Of a stretch of DNA of 64,000 nt, positions 39,108 to 53,400 are shown piece after piece. This DNA is from Balanoglossus misakiensis. Taxonomy: Eukaryota; Animalia; Hemichordata. Made by a program: the position numbers and the translations under genes. The DNA is taken from positions 124,001-188,000 of the forward strand of contig CM082592.2 of NCBI GenBank assembly GCA_040954595.2, read 5' to 3'. The notes below the pieces were generated by a model. That model made no database searches and was not told the DNA's origin. It worked only from the letters and a program-made list of their open reading frames with translations. Every line of letters starts with the position of its first letter. Position 1 is the stretch's first letter.

Positions 39108-41139
39108 AATTAAAGCTGCAAGCAGCATTGAAGGGGCCCAAGCATAGAGTTAATAACCATTAGACTCCATTCAGGGTTGTACCATTCAAATGCGTAGGCC
39201 GTATGTATTTGCTCTCGATGTTGAGATATTGGGAAGTAGGCAACCACCCGAAATGCATGTCCTACAAGTACAAACACAACAACCAAAGGTGAACTTCTAC
39301 GTTGTAAGTACTTCAGTAAGTATACTTCAAAGGTCAGCTGAGGGTACCCAACATTTTTTTTATTTGGTTCATATTCAAGACAACGGAAAATCCCTGCTGG
39401 TTGGGTTTGTCAAATTAGATATGGCCATAATAATGAGTTACTCGAGTAAGTTACAGGTGGCCCCAGGAATTTAGCATTTCATGACGCAGAGGGTCCTACC
39501 CTACCCCTCCAAACACCTGGCTATATATGATGTGCGTGCTAACATATGGAAAGCAGGTCAATGGACACCTGAGGTCACCCAAAAATTTGACAAAAAATTT
39601 TCATTCCTGTTTATGTCATGTGCAACAAATCCTACATTTGCAGCCCTTTCACTTTGCCTACCATTAGGTATGCACGTAATACATGAATCAAGCAGGTGTC
39701 GCAGGTATCCCCCTGTATTTGACATTTCATGATAGTTTCATCTCTCCAAATACCAAAGCTGCACCTGTACAACGGGCTGAGATATGGCACTGTATGACAG
39801 AGGTCATCCAAATCAACTTATACATTTGGGCAAAAACAAACTGACACTTACATTCGTCCCTGTGGAACAAAAACCACACATATTGCCCTGTTGGTTAGTG
39901 TCCAATTAAATGTACAAAATCAATGACTTAGGCAGGTGCAACAGGGGACCCCGCCTTTGGTATATCATTATGGTCCCATCCGTATATGCCCCCCGCACCC
40001 CCAACGCCAAAGCTGCATGCATCTGCTATGGATGCTCACTCAGCAAAAGTAGGTGAAATGTCACATAAGGTCGCCCATAACTTGACAGGAAAATCGGACT
40101 TCAAATTGATCCATGTGCAACAAATACCACGCTAGCATCCCTTTCATTGACCCCACAATTACGCACATAATTGAGTTACACAGGTGTCACAGGTGACCCC
40201 CGAATCGGGCGTATTACTAGTATTTTGGTCCCATACAGCTGCATGAAGCTGCGTGCCATTACGGGCGACCTGATAACCCCCACGGCCACCTGTGGGCCGA
40301 CCCCCATACTGAACGTCCAGTTGCAACGTCACGACTGAAGTAGGAACTTTTGAACGGCAACGAAGCCTGATCTCTGATTATTGCTGGTACCATACTCCCT
40401 ACGTGCAAGAAAATCACTGGTCTGCTGATGTATTTCGGCCACATTAGCGACTGAGGGTCAAAGTCCGCGGCCGCATTACATTGAATTTAACCAGTGTAGC
40501 CGGGTCTGGATAGAAACATTTGAACGGCATTAGCTAACAAACTCAGCGTAATTCAATAAAACGCCCTAACACAGCCTGAACTCCGATAATGTGTTGTCCC
40601 AAAATTCATTCCGTGGAAAATAATCACTGGTCAGTTTACGTATTTCAGCCGATTTTCCAAGGACTACTGCAACGCGCCAGAAGTGAGTAGCCTGCTAATG
40701 AGATCTCCACAACATTACGTAATGACGGTCAAAGTCCGATGCCCCAGTGTCCGTCCTCAGCCCACCAAAAAATGTGAAAAATATTACAAAAATCTTCTTC
40801 TCAAAATCGACGTGGCCTAGGACCTTGAAATTTGGCACAGGGGATTTTGGCCACATGATCTACAAAAATCGCGAAAAGAATGTACATGCCCCCATTAACG
40901 TGCAAATTAGGTCAATTTGAAAATTTCGCTCGATTATAGTCACGTCACGTGACTAATTAAAAATTCAAAGGGCAGGTGCACCAGTACTCATGGGCCCCAA
41001 CCATCGTGCCAAATTTCAAGGTCCTAGGCCACGTCGATTTTGAGAAAAACGGGAGCAAAAAAACGACTCAAGAAGAAAGAAGAAAAACTCCAGCAATAAC
41101 AGAAGGGGACCAAGCGCCTGAGGGCGCTTGGTCCCCTAA
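39108..41139 (-). mobile_element. Complete HINE (GGGGACCAAG/GGGCCCAAG family) with degenerate satellite
   Basis: 5' hairpin at 41105-41137, (TTC)n, 3' TTGGGCCC + GCTGCTTGCAGC hairpin identical to the array at 1-6321. Confidence 0.8.
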
Positions 41140-42140
41140 ATATCATGTATAAACTCATTGGTTTGGTGTGCTTTGGTGTGCTTTTGTGTGGTGCAGTGTG
41201 CCCTTAACAAACACAATTTTTAAAAGCTTTGAGTCAATTTAAGGATATCTAAAAATTTCTCTGAGGCAGCCCTATACATTTGAATGTGGTGTTGATAATT
41301 TTCTTGAGTGAACATTGAGCTTGTTGAGTCAGTAGCGTGACAAATGGGCTAGAGGGCACACTGCTGTGATATGCCATGGTGCGGAGACACTAGGGTAGGG
41401 AACAACATTAACAATAACAGACATAAATAATAAAACATGATACAGAGAGCAATATCACGATTTGAAGCCTGCATGAGGGATGGTGCTCTCTGACCACAAT
41501 ATTGATGATGCCCGAGCCGCAGGCGAGCCGCAGGCGAGGGTATCATCAATATTGTGGTTAGAGAGCACCAGCCCGAGGGCAGGATTCAAATCGTGATGTT
41601 GCCCAAGCATCATGTGCTATTAATTTTATTACGCCGAACATTTGAACATATATACACTACAGCATAGAAGAACGTAGACTCGCGTCCATATGTCGTACGT
41701 TGCTGAGAATGTAAAATGTCTCGATCTCCCAAGAACTATACCTACTTCGAACTGAGACAATTTTGAGGATACTGCGCTGTTGGTTGCGATTTTGGTGTAT
41801 TTACTGTCTGTTTGCATAAAATATCGTCCATTTGAACAGGTATTAAGCTTATGTGTCGCTTTGAAGCCATAGATGCGGGAGTTGACTGATCGTGAAGGAA
41901 GCCATTGAACAACAGTTAGTATGCGCAGAAGTCGCACGCAGAACACCAAAACAACTCAGCGGCCAATATCAGCGCACGCGACAGGGCTTTATCAACTCTA
42001 GCCATGTTATATCACTTTTTTTTCTATATCACGTGAGCGCATCTCAGCCAATCATGAATACGGTATAATACATGAGGTGTAATAATGAATATTATAACAA
42101 CATGACAAAGTTCAATTAATCAATCAATCAATCAATCAAA

Positions 42141-42777
42141 AATCGTGTCAAGGACACAATGGTCCCATTGAGGAATTGCACAAGAAAAAATGTACACCGG
42201 AGTACACTTTTTCACATATACAGACAGACAGACACACACACACACACATAGCGAGAGATCAATGGGCAAGCACTGACTGACCCATAAGCTGCCAATGGCA
42301 TTTGTACTGTACATACACTAAATAGAACAGCTGGTCTCTTTAAAACTTAGCCAGTTATGTAATCATTCAAGAATTTGCTGTGTATATAAACAACTCAATA
42401 AAGTAAATACACACCACTTCGTAAAGCAATCTGACCAGTAGTTCTTGAGTTACTGAGTTTTGACCAAATTCACAGTTTCCCAGCTAATTTGCATATTTTT
42501 GGCAATGACAACTTCATTTGAACGAACTCCCATCTACAGCCCAGCCTGCATCTGCAAACAAAATATCAAGGTGATACACGCAGAGGTTTTTTAAGTTTTT
42601 GATGTGGACGGACATACAGACATACACACATACACACATACATACATACATACATACATACATACATACATACTGTTACATACATACATACATACATGCA
42701 TGCATACATACATACATACATACATACAGACGCAACCTGTCCCATAAGGTCCCATGGTACATACCAATGGGACCTAA
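42141..42777 (-). mobile_element. Short HINE (GGTCCCAT family); sister copy at 52561-53166
   Basis: Same termini and (GTAT)n as 33991-36168, no satellite; sits between an L2 3' fragment (42915-43110) and its (TTGA)n tail. Confidence 0.8.
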
Positions 42778-43114
42778 TCAAAAACATTTATATGGCGGTA
42801 ATATCCAGATGTACTGTTCAGTGGCGGCCAATGGTTGTTCACACACTGTAGGCTATTCCAAACAAATATGTCTTCAGTTTTATCTAATAAGACTCAAGAT
42901 TGGGTGTTAGTCAAATCTCATTAAGCTGTGAGTTCCATAGCTTTGCAGTAGCATAAGAAAATGCACGTCCACAATTGACTTGCTTGTACTGTGTTGTTGT
43001 CAGAAGGTTCTTTTCCTGAGACCTTAAGTTGCGAGAAGGGGTATATTGATTAACCATGTTAGAAATGTACTCCAGGGTAAGGCCATGAGTTTCTTTACTT
43101 CTGAATATCATTAC

Positions 43115-43276
43115 CTGATTAGCCTGTAGGGAAGTCAGCCCTAGGAGTCTGGTAGCCAGTTCATGTGGGGTTGGTGAAAGATGGGCAGCGATAAGTGAGT
43201 TGCCTGTCTTTGTAGCAATGCTCTCAAACACAGCAGTCAACAACTTGTAGGACAGTTTATCACCAGTGATACCTCC
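43115..43276 (-). pseudogene. PRKDC: DNA-PKcs exon, leucine-zipper region (frame open)
   Basis: KLSYKLLTAVFESIA...LSPTPHELATRLLGL vs human ELLSLVYKGIA...LDLSCKQLASGLLEL. Confidence 0.8.
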
Positions 43277-44185
43277 CTGCAGTGTGAATAAAAATATTGC
43301 CATTTACTTTGTAATATATCCAAAATCAGAAAAGGGCATACTGGTAAATGTTATCTGCATTATTATGAAGGCGTTTTTACATTCCTGGATCACATAAGCT
43401 TGTATTGTAAAGGCTAAAGCTCCGTATGTATTGTAACTTTCCCAGTTGCTGTGTTACAAGAGTTTGTTTTCCTCAGGAAGCTTGTTGAAAAAAAGGTGTG
43501 TTTGATTCGTGTCTGATATTGGAGTTGTCCCCTTTCCATGTTCATGATTCCACAAACAGAACCAAATCAAATCCATCAGAAACAACATTATCCAGCCTGT
43601 GGAAATATCTAAGTAAAAGGCCAGAGATTATCACTTGTTCTGCATATGACAGAAAATAAATACTGCTAAATACTGGCACAAGTTTGCAGTCCATAAACCC
43701 CGGTGCAGGGTATAAAAAGCCCCCCAAATCAGTGGCTAACCTTAATGCCGTTTGACTGACAACAGACAATACCAACGATCTCGGCTCTATGAAAATTGGC
43801 CCAAACAGGTCCAAGCATACAGAATTACACCACACAACGACAGTAGTTGGCTTTATAAACACACACAACATAAAGTTATCGACGAAAAAGTAAACGAGCT
43901 TTGGAAACAACGATGATTTTGGGAGAAATCTGGTTTCAGTGCTTTTCAGAACAATGGATCGCGTCCCTGGGAAACAATGGCCACGCAATTCAAACAGCTG
44001 TCAATCGCATGGAGTTGTAAAGTGTTCAATTATTTTCAATGTACATGAGATCAATTACACAGTTGATATGCACGATGACCACTCCCAAATAAACAACTAT
44101 ACAAACACACGTTAATCCGAATCCCCGGCCTTTTACGCACCGGGGTTTAAGAACTCCCTCATCTTTGGCTTATTCAGTAACTGAC

Positions 44186-44324
44186 CTTTTGTTGCAACGC
44201 TGGAAGCAAGTTTGCCTTGTGAAGCTGTTCATATTCTGATACCATGTGAATCAGTTTGATAATGTTAACATCCTTCTCACTGCCTTTCAGTAAAGATGGT
44301 GTAATCAGGAGAATATCATCATGT
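44186..44324 (-). pseudogene. PRKDC: DNA-PKcs exon (frame open)
   Basis: ...DVNIIKLIHMVSEYEQLHKANLLPALQQK vs human [26 protein letters not shown]; tacag/gtcagt. Confidence 0.8.
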
Positions 44325-44496
44325 CTGTAATAGATAATGATAAGACACTGTCATTTTGGTGGTCTATTTTGCTCAGAGATTATGAGGATCTAATGACAGA
44401 GATGATGATGATGATAATGATGATGATGATGATAACAGAGAGACTTAATTCCATTTCATTAGCACTCTGAGTCACTGAATGATTATCAATCCTTAC

Positions 44497-44591
44497 CCTT
44501 TCTGGCCAAGCATCTTCTGGATACATTTTTTCAAATCCATCACAACACTCTTAGGTGCTTTCTGTGCAAGCAGTCCCAGTAATTGTCAAGT
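44497..44591 (-). pseudogene. PRKDC: DNA-PKcs exon with in-frame TGA (44586-88)
   Basis: T*QLLGLLAQKAPKSVVMDLKKCIQKMLGQK; phases fit both neighbours; acceptor weak and homology modest. Confidence 0.65.
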
Positions 44592-45250
44592 CTGCTCCCA
44601 ATGATAAAATAACAATTATAAATATCATATCATGCTACAATCTGCCAGTCTGAATGGATGAGAGCTCAACCAAATAATGCTTAGCACTTCCAAACCCGGC
44701 CCTTTAACTAGTAGTGCAGGAGCTTAACCCCACATTTTGGCATAATTGTGCACTTTGGGTTAAAAGCATAAAACTTGGTACACTTATGCATTGACCCATG
44801 GCGGCCATTTTCTGATATGGATCCAAAATGACAGCCAAGTTTCATGCTTTTAACCCAAAGTGCACGATTTTTTTGTTAACTGCCCCACTATAGCATGCTA
44901 AAGAGTAAATTCATGCCATTCTCATTATGTATCATTTCTTTGCAAAAAAAAAATTCTTCCACAAAGGCACCTGACAAATGGGACCGCATAATATTGATCT
45001 CTTCATTTTGGCACAACATAGTTCCAAATTTCATCCTAACAAGTTTTATTTGACAATCAAAATTAGCTGATGTATGTATTTGATAAACATATCTTTCTCG
45101 TCATTAGTCCTCACTCGTGTACCTGTGTTACAGACTATTGATTCCCCTTATAGCTGCAATCCCCCCATAAGGGAATCACTCATCCACAACACAGACACAC
45201 TTGTTTAAAATATGGGGAAAACCGTTATAAATTCTTATAATAATACTTAC

Positions 45251-45374
45251 CCTGGCAGGTAAGTTATTGATGACTTCAACATCAGCCATGTCAAAACCAA
45301 GAGATGTGGGGTCTAAAACACAAGCTGGTGATGCATTCGTACAAATGGGTGCTCCACAAGGTGCTTGGGATGGA
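45251..45374 (-). pseudogene. PRKDC: DNA-PKcs exon with +1 frameshift
   Basis: SIPSTLWSTHLYECIT/(fs)/ACVLDPTSLGFDMADVEVINNLPAR vs human LCNTHL...[21 protein letters not shown]; 124 bp between phase-0 sites. Confidence 0.85.
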
Positions 45375-47471
45375 CTGCTAAAGCAAAACATCAAATCCGT
45401 AATCAAAAAATTGGTGTCATTCATTACACTATTAACACTGTATAGAGGCTTAATGAGGCCACAGGAATATATATTTTTTATTTCATGAATTTTTTATTAC
45501 AGGCATGAAATAAAAAAATTACTCCTGTGGCCTCATTAAGCCTCTGTAACACTGCATGGTTAAAATAGTAATTTGTGTGTATTTTGTACTTACAATCACC
45601 GCATTTGAATGAATCAATGGGACACTTAGAAGAAAACAAAAATAATTATCATTCATTGTCTTACTTCAAACTGAATGTGATAATGTCATCATATAAATGT
45701 CTTTATCATACATGCAACGCCTGTATTTGGCACTTTCTATTGTTCTCGCCCCGAAGATATTTTACAGTACTACACTGAGTGCAATATATCTCTCTCCGCG
45801 TCTCGAACTATTTTTGAGAACGCGCGGCGCGACAGTTCGCTGCGCGTGCGCGCGACGTATGGGGCATAGGACACTAGAGGAGAGGGGTGTTGTAAAATTC
45901 GGTTATTAGAAGCTGTAATAACGTTTTCAAAGCTGGCAGTTTTGCCATGTTGAACGTATCATTTTTACTTCTTTGAAATTCTCAATGCAAAATAATTGTT
46001 AACATGATATTTTGAAAGAGAACGTAGACAATTTTATTTAGAATGCGGATGTGCCCATCGTAATGAAAGCTGCCAACCCCCTTAAAATGATACTACGGCC
46101 CACACGTCATACGTCACAACATGGCTACTGCCGTGATCCCAGGGCGCCCGTTCAAATTTGAAATCGTTTTTCTCGGCGCATTTTCGCAAATTGTACTGTT
46201 TTATAGGTAGGCATGTATGATAAAGGGGTTATTACACGAATTTTGGTCGATAACGCGACGCATTCTCATGATGTCCGTATTTTGACTTGCTGCTTCGCAA
46301 CTCGTCCAAAAACGGACATCACTCGAATACGACGCGTTATCGACCAAAATTCGTGTAATAACCCCTAAATATGGGCTGCAAACGTATACTGTAAAACAGG
46401 TTATTTTCATGAAAGAGGCAACTGTTATGCGAGAATTAATTTTCACTTTCCATATTTTCATTTATTGCATCGTTATCTGTCAAAAACATTTTTTGGCTCT
46501 CGTGTATCTCGCGAAAATTTATTGCTCGCGAAAATAAACTGTTTTACAGTACCTTTAGACATCAATAACCAAATGAATATATTCACTCTTAACCCTTTCA
46601 CCCCCTAATCCCTCTAAAGAGGTCCAATTTCACCATAGAAACAATTGTGGTAACAGGGTTAGAGCAGCTTTTAAAGGGCATGTCATACTTGTCTTTGAAC
46701 TTCAAGTAACTACGTAAATGCATATTGAACCAGTAAATTATATTTGAAGAATTTGCAGAGGCAAGGAAAATTATCACAAAGTGGATGAAGTGAGATATAA
46801 CAGGTGAATGGCTGGTCTGACTGGACAGTTCTAATCAACAACACTTTTTACAAGTACTGTTTAACCCTTTCAAAGCCATGGTTCAGTCCAAACGCATTGT
46901 TTCCTATGGAATGTACGACCTCTAAAGAGAGAACTTGGGTGAAATGGGACAAAGTCTCTCTCTTGCTGCCTTTTCCATAAATTATGTTTGATACAAGACA
47001 CTGTTTATGTTATTCTACATGTGGATATATAGTGAATCAACGTTAAACCACACACAACTTCCATCCCACTTGCAGACACTAGAGTGAAAAAGTCACCAAA
47101 TTGAATAATTGGTGTTTACCGTTTATTCATTTTGGCGAGATTTTTACTCTCATATGCTTCAAATGGGATGGAAGGTGTGTGTGGTCGAACGTTGATTCAC
47201 TATATATCCACATGACATAAACGGTGTCTAGTATCAAACATGGTTAATGGATAAAAGGCAGCGAGAGAGAGACTTTGTTCCTCTAAAGTATACCTTAAAT
47301 CACTACTCATAATCAATATTGTTTTATGTAATTTTTTGTTGGATCAACCTCACCCTTCTTATATCACATAAACAGAAATAAAATTGATAAAATGTCCCTT
47401 GTATAACAAAAATAGCATAAATGACACTGTGCTCACATTTTGAGGCAAAAAACTGCATCCTTCATCCTTAC

Positions 47472-47701
47472 CTTTCCCAATTCATTGGAGTGGAGAGCCA
47501 GCAAGACAGTCAGGAAATCAGTCAATCGAACAATGATAGTACATTCGCTCTTGTTGTAACTTTCCATCTCTCTTGGAGTAAACACCAGTCCTTGCACAGT
47601 TGTGTCAAAACACTTGGCTGCACCATAGATATCTTCTAACGCAAGCTTTGTAGGAAAGAACTCCAGCGATTTAAACAGACTGCTGGTTTTTTGCACTTTG
47701 C
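47472..47701 (-). pseudogene. PRKDC: DNA-PKcs exon (frame open)
   Basis: SSLFKSLEFF..LALEDIYGAAKCF...FTPREMESYNKSECTIIVRLTDF vs human [26 protein letters not shown]...[22 protein letters not shown]; donor gtaagg. Confidence 0.92.
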
Positions 47702-48282
47702 CTGTGTGCAAAGATAGAATAAATTCAAATAATGACACACTAGTTGTCAGAAAAAATTCAATTCAAGCTCAAGCAAATTCTTTGGCTTAGGATAGGTCAA
47801 TTTGTCTGTTAAATATTAGGCCAAAGTAAATTCTTTGTGTTACATCCACACAAATATAAGTTTTCAAATGTTTTCAAGTAAAACACATGCAAAGTTTTCT
47901 TGGGAAATTTTTCTTATGGACAATATTGTCTCACTAAATTAAGTCATGACTCTGTGCAGTCATAAGACAGCCACTGAACCAAATCACTACAGGGACATTC
48001 ATATAGCATGACAAAATGAAGGAAAAATTGTTTTGTACTAGATTTTTGTTGTGTACTGTTTTATAACCGTTTAGCCACCTAGCTAACAGAATACTCAGTG
48101 GGTGCAAAATAAAGAATTTACTCTAATATTTTGGCCTTATGTCTATTCTGCAAATACAAGCACAGTGTTTTATTTGGGTAATACACAGTGCTTTAGAAGA
48201 CCCAACCTACCGGTAATAGGTTAGCCATTTATGCACCTGTATTACACCTGTTCAAAGAGTAAATTGATTGATGAGGAACGAA

Positions 48283-50800
48283 CACTGGGCAAAATGATTG
48301 ATATACGACAATATACGTAAAACTACTAAGTTTGTACATTTGACATATACGTTTCATATACGTGCATTTACGTAACAAATGCAAGCTGCTAGATATGTGT
48401 ACAAATACGTATACATATATATACATCATGTACACGTTCTCTTACATATACGTTCCGCAGATCTACGCATTTGTAGTTATTTTCTTCCGAATCGTGTGCC
48501 TACAGTATACATCCATGTATATGTACGTATATTCATGCTAATTATTAGGATTATTTGGACCACCCGTTTTTAAAAGCAAACGCTTTCAAAAGTTTGATGA
48601 AAGATCTGGGTCGCACTTCTGCGGCCACTTTATGTCGCAAAACGCTGGTTGTTTACGACGTTTTACGACGTCCACCTCCGGTACATAGAAACACCAGCAC
48701 CGCTGGCAGTCACTGTACGCCGTCAACCGTGTGCATAAGTTTGTTTCAACACCAGAAAAAGCGAAAGAAGAGTTGTCACAGAAACTTGATAGTCTGGACG
48801 CAGAACAGAAGTCTTTGAGGGAAAATCGACATGCGGCGGTGATAATCTATGCACCAACAAAGGAAGACCGGATCGTATGATTTTTGTAAGTTTAAACATA
48901 CATCGTGTTTTGGTCTTGTCCATATCCACCCCACCCAGGTGTCTGCGTTTTGACACTATTTCTACTCGTTGTTAGTCCGAGTCCTTTTTATTTCTGCCGT
49001 TTGCATTAGTGCATCAAGCATGTCTATGTAGAACGAGAAACAGGTTTTGATTGACAATTTGACATTTCCACCAAGCATTTGTATTGTTATCTCAAATGTC
49101 CCTTGTTTTACTTTGCAGCGGCAGGTAAAGCACTCAGCTTTATGTAACCATAGAAGATTCATCTGATACAACCAACGAGTAAGTATATCTCTTTTATTCT
49201 TAGACTTTTCATTCAATTTGGTGTAGTATGATCTATAACATTGAGCATAACCCGTAGAGATTAAAGACGCGGAACATCGGCCAAGATCAAAGGCCTTGAG
49301 GATTAGCTAGAACAAAAGATAAACAAACTGGGTTGATTTCCATGTGTGCGCTACAGCTTGGTGTTTCATGGTTGACGACAAACAAAAGATGCATATAAGC
49401 GCGGGATTGCTGGATTGCCAGAATAGCTGACGTTCAGATATTTTAGCAGCTACTGAGCTTGGATACTTGGTAGCTCTAACCATGCTCTTACGCGTGATAG
49501 TTACAACTATTCAGTCATAACTATTTGACCTCGGTTGCGATAACAGCACACTGAATCTGTATGCTTTTTGTACCTTGTCAACATGACAGATAACAAAGTA
49601 TACATTTGGAAGGTGTGAAGACATTTCCCATGGCCCGATTTGTTGAATGCAAATGAGACATTTTCACCCATAAACTAAAAACAATGGGGGACGTTTATTA
49701 TAAACTTAAACAGTGCACTGTCATGTTGGCGACAAAGGTAAAAAAAGAACGGACTGACTTGTCGCTGTGTTCCAGGTGAAGGTATTTACAGCCCACTCTA
49801 TATAAACTGCCAGTGGTTCAGACTTACCAAAAGTTGTAGCTCATAGGCACTGCAGTTAAAGATAAGTGCTTAAGATGACCAAACTAAATACTCTTTTTCT
49901 TTTCTTTTTGACAGCTTCTACAGAGTCATGGCAAGATGTTGGATTTTGAAGACAAATCTTAATAGGATAACATGGTGCAAGCAGGCGATTTGATGATGTC
50001 AGATGAAGCAAATTTTTCATGGTATTTTGGAGTTACTGAATGAAGCTAGACATTGAGGATTATTTTTCAGATTTTAGATTTGCATTTAAAAACAAAACAC
50101 TTTGTTCTTTGTCCATGTAATGTCTTTAATCATTTTATATGTTTTAAATAAAATTACCTTTTAAGTGAATTTTATTATGTGAGCAGTTTTTTGTTGATGC
50201 ATGATGGGAGGAAGTGTATCGGCTTGAAATATGCTTTTACCGATTAGTTGCTATTGAGCTGCTTTGAAATGCAGTTGCATCTCAAAGCAGATTAATAGTA
50301 ACAAATTTACAGCAAAGGTGAATAAGAAGGAAAGGTCAAATCCTGACCATGAAGGATGACCCCAGAATTGTGACCTTTGGGGTAATTTAAATATGACCCC
50401 AAAATTATTTTGCAAATATTTGCTAACAATGATGACATAATGTATGGTAATTTCTGGAAGGGTCTGCGTTAAATATACGTAAAAATACCAGGAACGTGAA
50501 CTCAACTATGCAAATAGCAAGGAAGATATGCACTGAGAATGTGTACAAATACGTTGGAATGTTCATAGTGTGCACTTGATCTGCATTGGTCTGCGTTGTG
50601 CACACCCGTGATCTTCATAGATATACGTGCACGTATACTAACACATTGGTATGTTCCATATACGTGAATATACGTCACATATACGTGGTGCAGATTGTAG
50701 ATGTACAACTGTGCAGACTATTGTATACTTGCGCATATTCTTGATCTACGTGTCCATATACGTGAAAATACTGAATGTATATCAACCTTTTTGCCCAGTG
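48283..50800. mobile_element. Non-autonomous CACTA/EnSpm-type element (~2.5 kb)
   Basis: TIR CACTGGGCAAAA, 3-bp TSD GAA, ATATACGT subterminal repeats at both ends. Confidence 0.85.
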
Positions 50801-50936
50801 GAACTAATCAAAGACAACCTTATGAGATTGCTTGTGTTTCAAATGAGCAATACTACATGCTGTTTTACATTAGGTAGTGTTGCTGTAAAAAATAAAACTC
50901 CACAAACAAACTTCATTTTTTTATTTGTTGTGTTGA

Positions 50937-52147
50937 TTATCACATGAACTGGCCTGTATAGCCACCAGTGTGACGAAGAACAGGTCGAACAAAAAATCCG
51001 TTCTACGTCATCAACCGGAACTATTTTCACTGATTCGCCCGTCGCTATAACTTCCTTGTAAAACGGAATAACAAGTGCATAAACCCGTAGTTGTACACGA
51101 TTGAAATAAAAATGACGGTTCCATGACGGTTGCGAAAGAATATTGCTTTGTAAAAGCAATACGAGAAAGGTAGAATTTGAAAAGTCAACGCTACGATCGT
51201 GAATGTGTGCTTGCAGCTAGCCAGCCTGGTCGATCCCAAGCGAGCCAGCACACTTGATTTTAGGCTTACGGAAGTTACGAGAATGATTTCGAGCCACCTG
51301 AACGGGACGACTAACACTCTGTATTCTGTTCACCGGTCAACGAAATGTATAAGACGTGGAAAAACGTCGCAGTTCATTTGTTTGAGAATCGAAAACATTT
51401 GTGTGGGGTTCGAGGATGAGATTCTGTACGAGGGTTGTAGTTTCTGCGGAAACACAACAGCGCTGACTAGCCAGGCCGACGCAAACACAACCTTGAACAT
51501 CGTTCCTGCACTAATATTTTTAATATCCTGTCACAATATACGGTTTTAGGATATATGGCAATGGAACTGTGATATTTTTTCATAAAGTTTTACATGAAGC
51601 GCGTCATTTTTTCTGTCAAACTGTGACTTGCAGCATAACTTTGCGGGCGAACTCGACGCGATGACTTGTGTTGACATGTACACAGCGCGAGACGATGATT
51701 GACAGGCAGAATGTATCAAAATTCTGGCCCATGTGACTGACTCCGCGAATCTGATTGGTAGACAAGACGCAAAAGTGTATAAACTTGAAAGTCGATTTCA
51801 CTTTATGAATGAAAGGGATTCCATTATTAGCATATCTCGTGGGGGCCACAGATCGTTGCGCAGGGGAAAGAACGTAATCCCGCTAAATAAACTGCAAGGC
51901 CGCTCGAATATTTTAGCAAGATATTGGAATATTTTTATCCTACCTCTTCTAACGAAAATAAGAAGACTGTTCATGTGATAAATATATAATCCCATGATAT
52001 TTTTCTTTGTTTAACGTCATCGTATACTCGTGGTTTTCGCGGAGTCGTACAACTTCTGGCCTACGGCACGAAGTTGCACGGCTCCGCAAAAACCACTCGT
52101 ATACGATGACGTCAAACAAAGAAAAATATCATGGGATTATGTATAAG
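50937..52147 (-). mobile_element. Crypton-like hairpin element
   Basis: TTATCACATGAAC / GTTCATGTGATAA inverted pair plus ~165-bp terminal palindrome 51982-52147. Confidence 0.55.
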
Positions 52148-53400
52148 AACAATTCACCGATGTATGTGAAGATTGACTGGTACCCTGCCTCAGTGACAAA
52201 CATCAAAGAGGCAGGTAAGCACAAACCGCCATATTTAGAATTGTGGAATCTCATTGGCTAATAAACAAACTTTCTATTACTTCCAGGCTAGAGTCAATCT
52301 GTCACGTTTCTTGGCAATCATTTTTACCCTTCCTTAATAATCATATTTTAAAAATCGCGACAAGAATGCCCCACGTACTGTTGAGATCAAACTGACATAT
52401 TTCTTCACTCAGACTGCTATCTGCTAAATACTGTGAGGACATGTAACGCACACCTGCAAAGTACATCACTATCAATATCATTGAGAATTGGTTAAGTTTT
52501 AACCCTTCCCCCCCCTTCGGAATGGTCCCCTCTATAGAGGTCCAACTTTACCATCGAAAAAAATCGCATCAAGGACACGGCGGTCCCATTGAGTGATTAC
52601 AAAGAAAAAGTCTACACCGGAGTACAGGGCCATATACAGACACACACACACACACATAGCGAGAGATCAATGGGCAAACACTGACTGACCCATAAGCTGC
52701 CATGGCATATGTACTACACATACACTAAATAGAACAGCTGGCCTCTTTAAAACTTAGCCAGTCATGTAATCATTCAGAAATTTGCCGTGTTCATATGAAT
52801 CACAGGAGGGGAGTTCCTGCCTAATTAAACCAACTCAATAAAGTAAATACACACCACTTTACAAAGCAATCTGACCAGTACTTCTTGAGTTACTGAGTTT
52901 TGCCCAAATTTACATTTTTCCAGCTAATTTGCATATTTTTGGCAATGACAACTTCATTTGAACAAACTCCCATCTAGAGCCCAGCCTGCATCAGCAAACC
53001 AAATATCAAGGTGATACACGCAGCGGTTTACAAGTTTTTGATGTGGACGGACATACAGACATCCATCCATCCATCTATCCATCCATCCATCCATACATAC
53101 ATACACACATACATACAAACGCATCCGATCCCATAAGGTCCCATGGTACATACCAATGGGACCCAAAAAACCAACAGTTTATGATGGAAGTGAAGCTAAA
53201 ATTAATGCAACTACTGACACAAATGTACGTAAGTTTTACAACAGACATGCGCATTAGACCATTTCCAGAGTGTCAAAAAACCAACACATTACAAAATGGT
53301 GGATGGCCTGTATCTGTGTCTGTCTTCGTGAGGTGTCTTGCTTAGTCATGTGAGACGCAGTGTTCAGCGAATATGTGAAGACAAAAATTTCAGACCCAAC

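Noticed and set aside
42566-42910. ORFs rich in HTYI/CMYV (also 35884-36222, 52954-53345)
   Set aside because: Translations of (CATA)n/(CATC)n microsatellites in HINEs.
44586-44588. TGA as selenocysteine or readthrough
   Set aside because: Neighbouring exons carry TAA stops and frameshifts, and no SECIS is evident.
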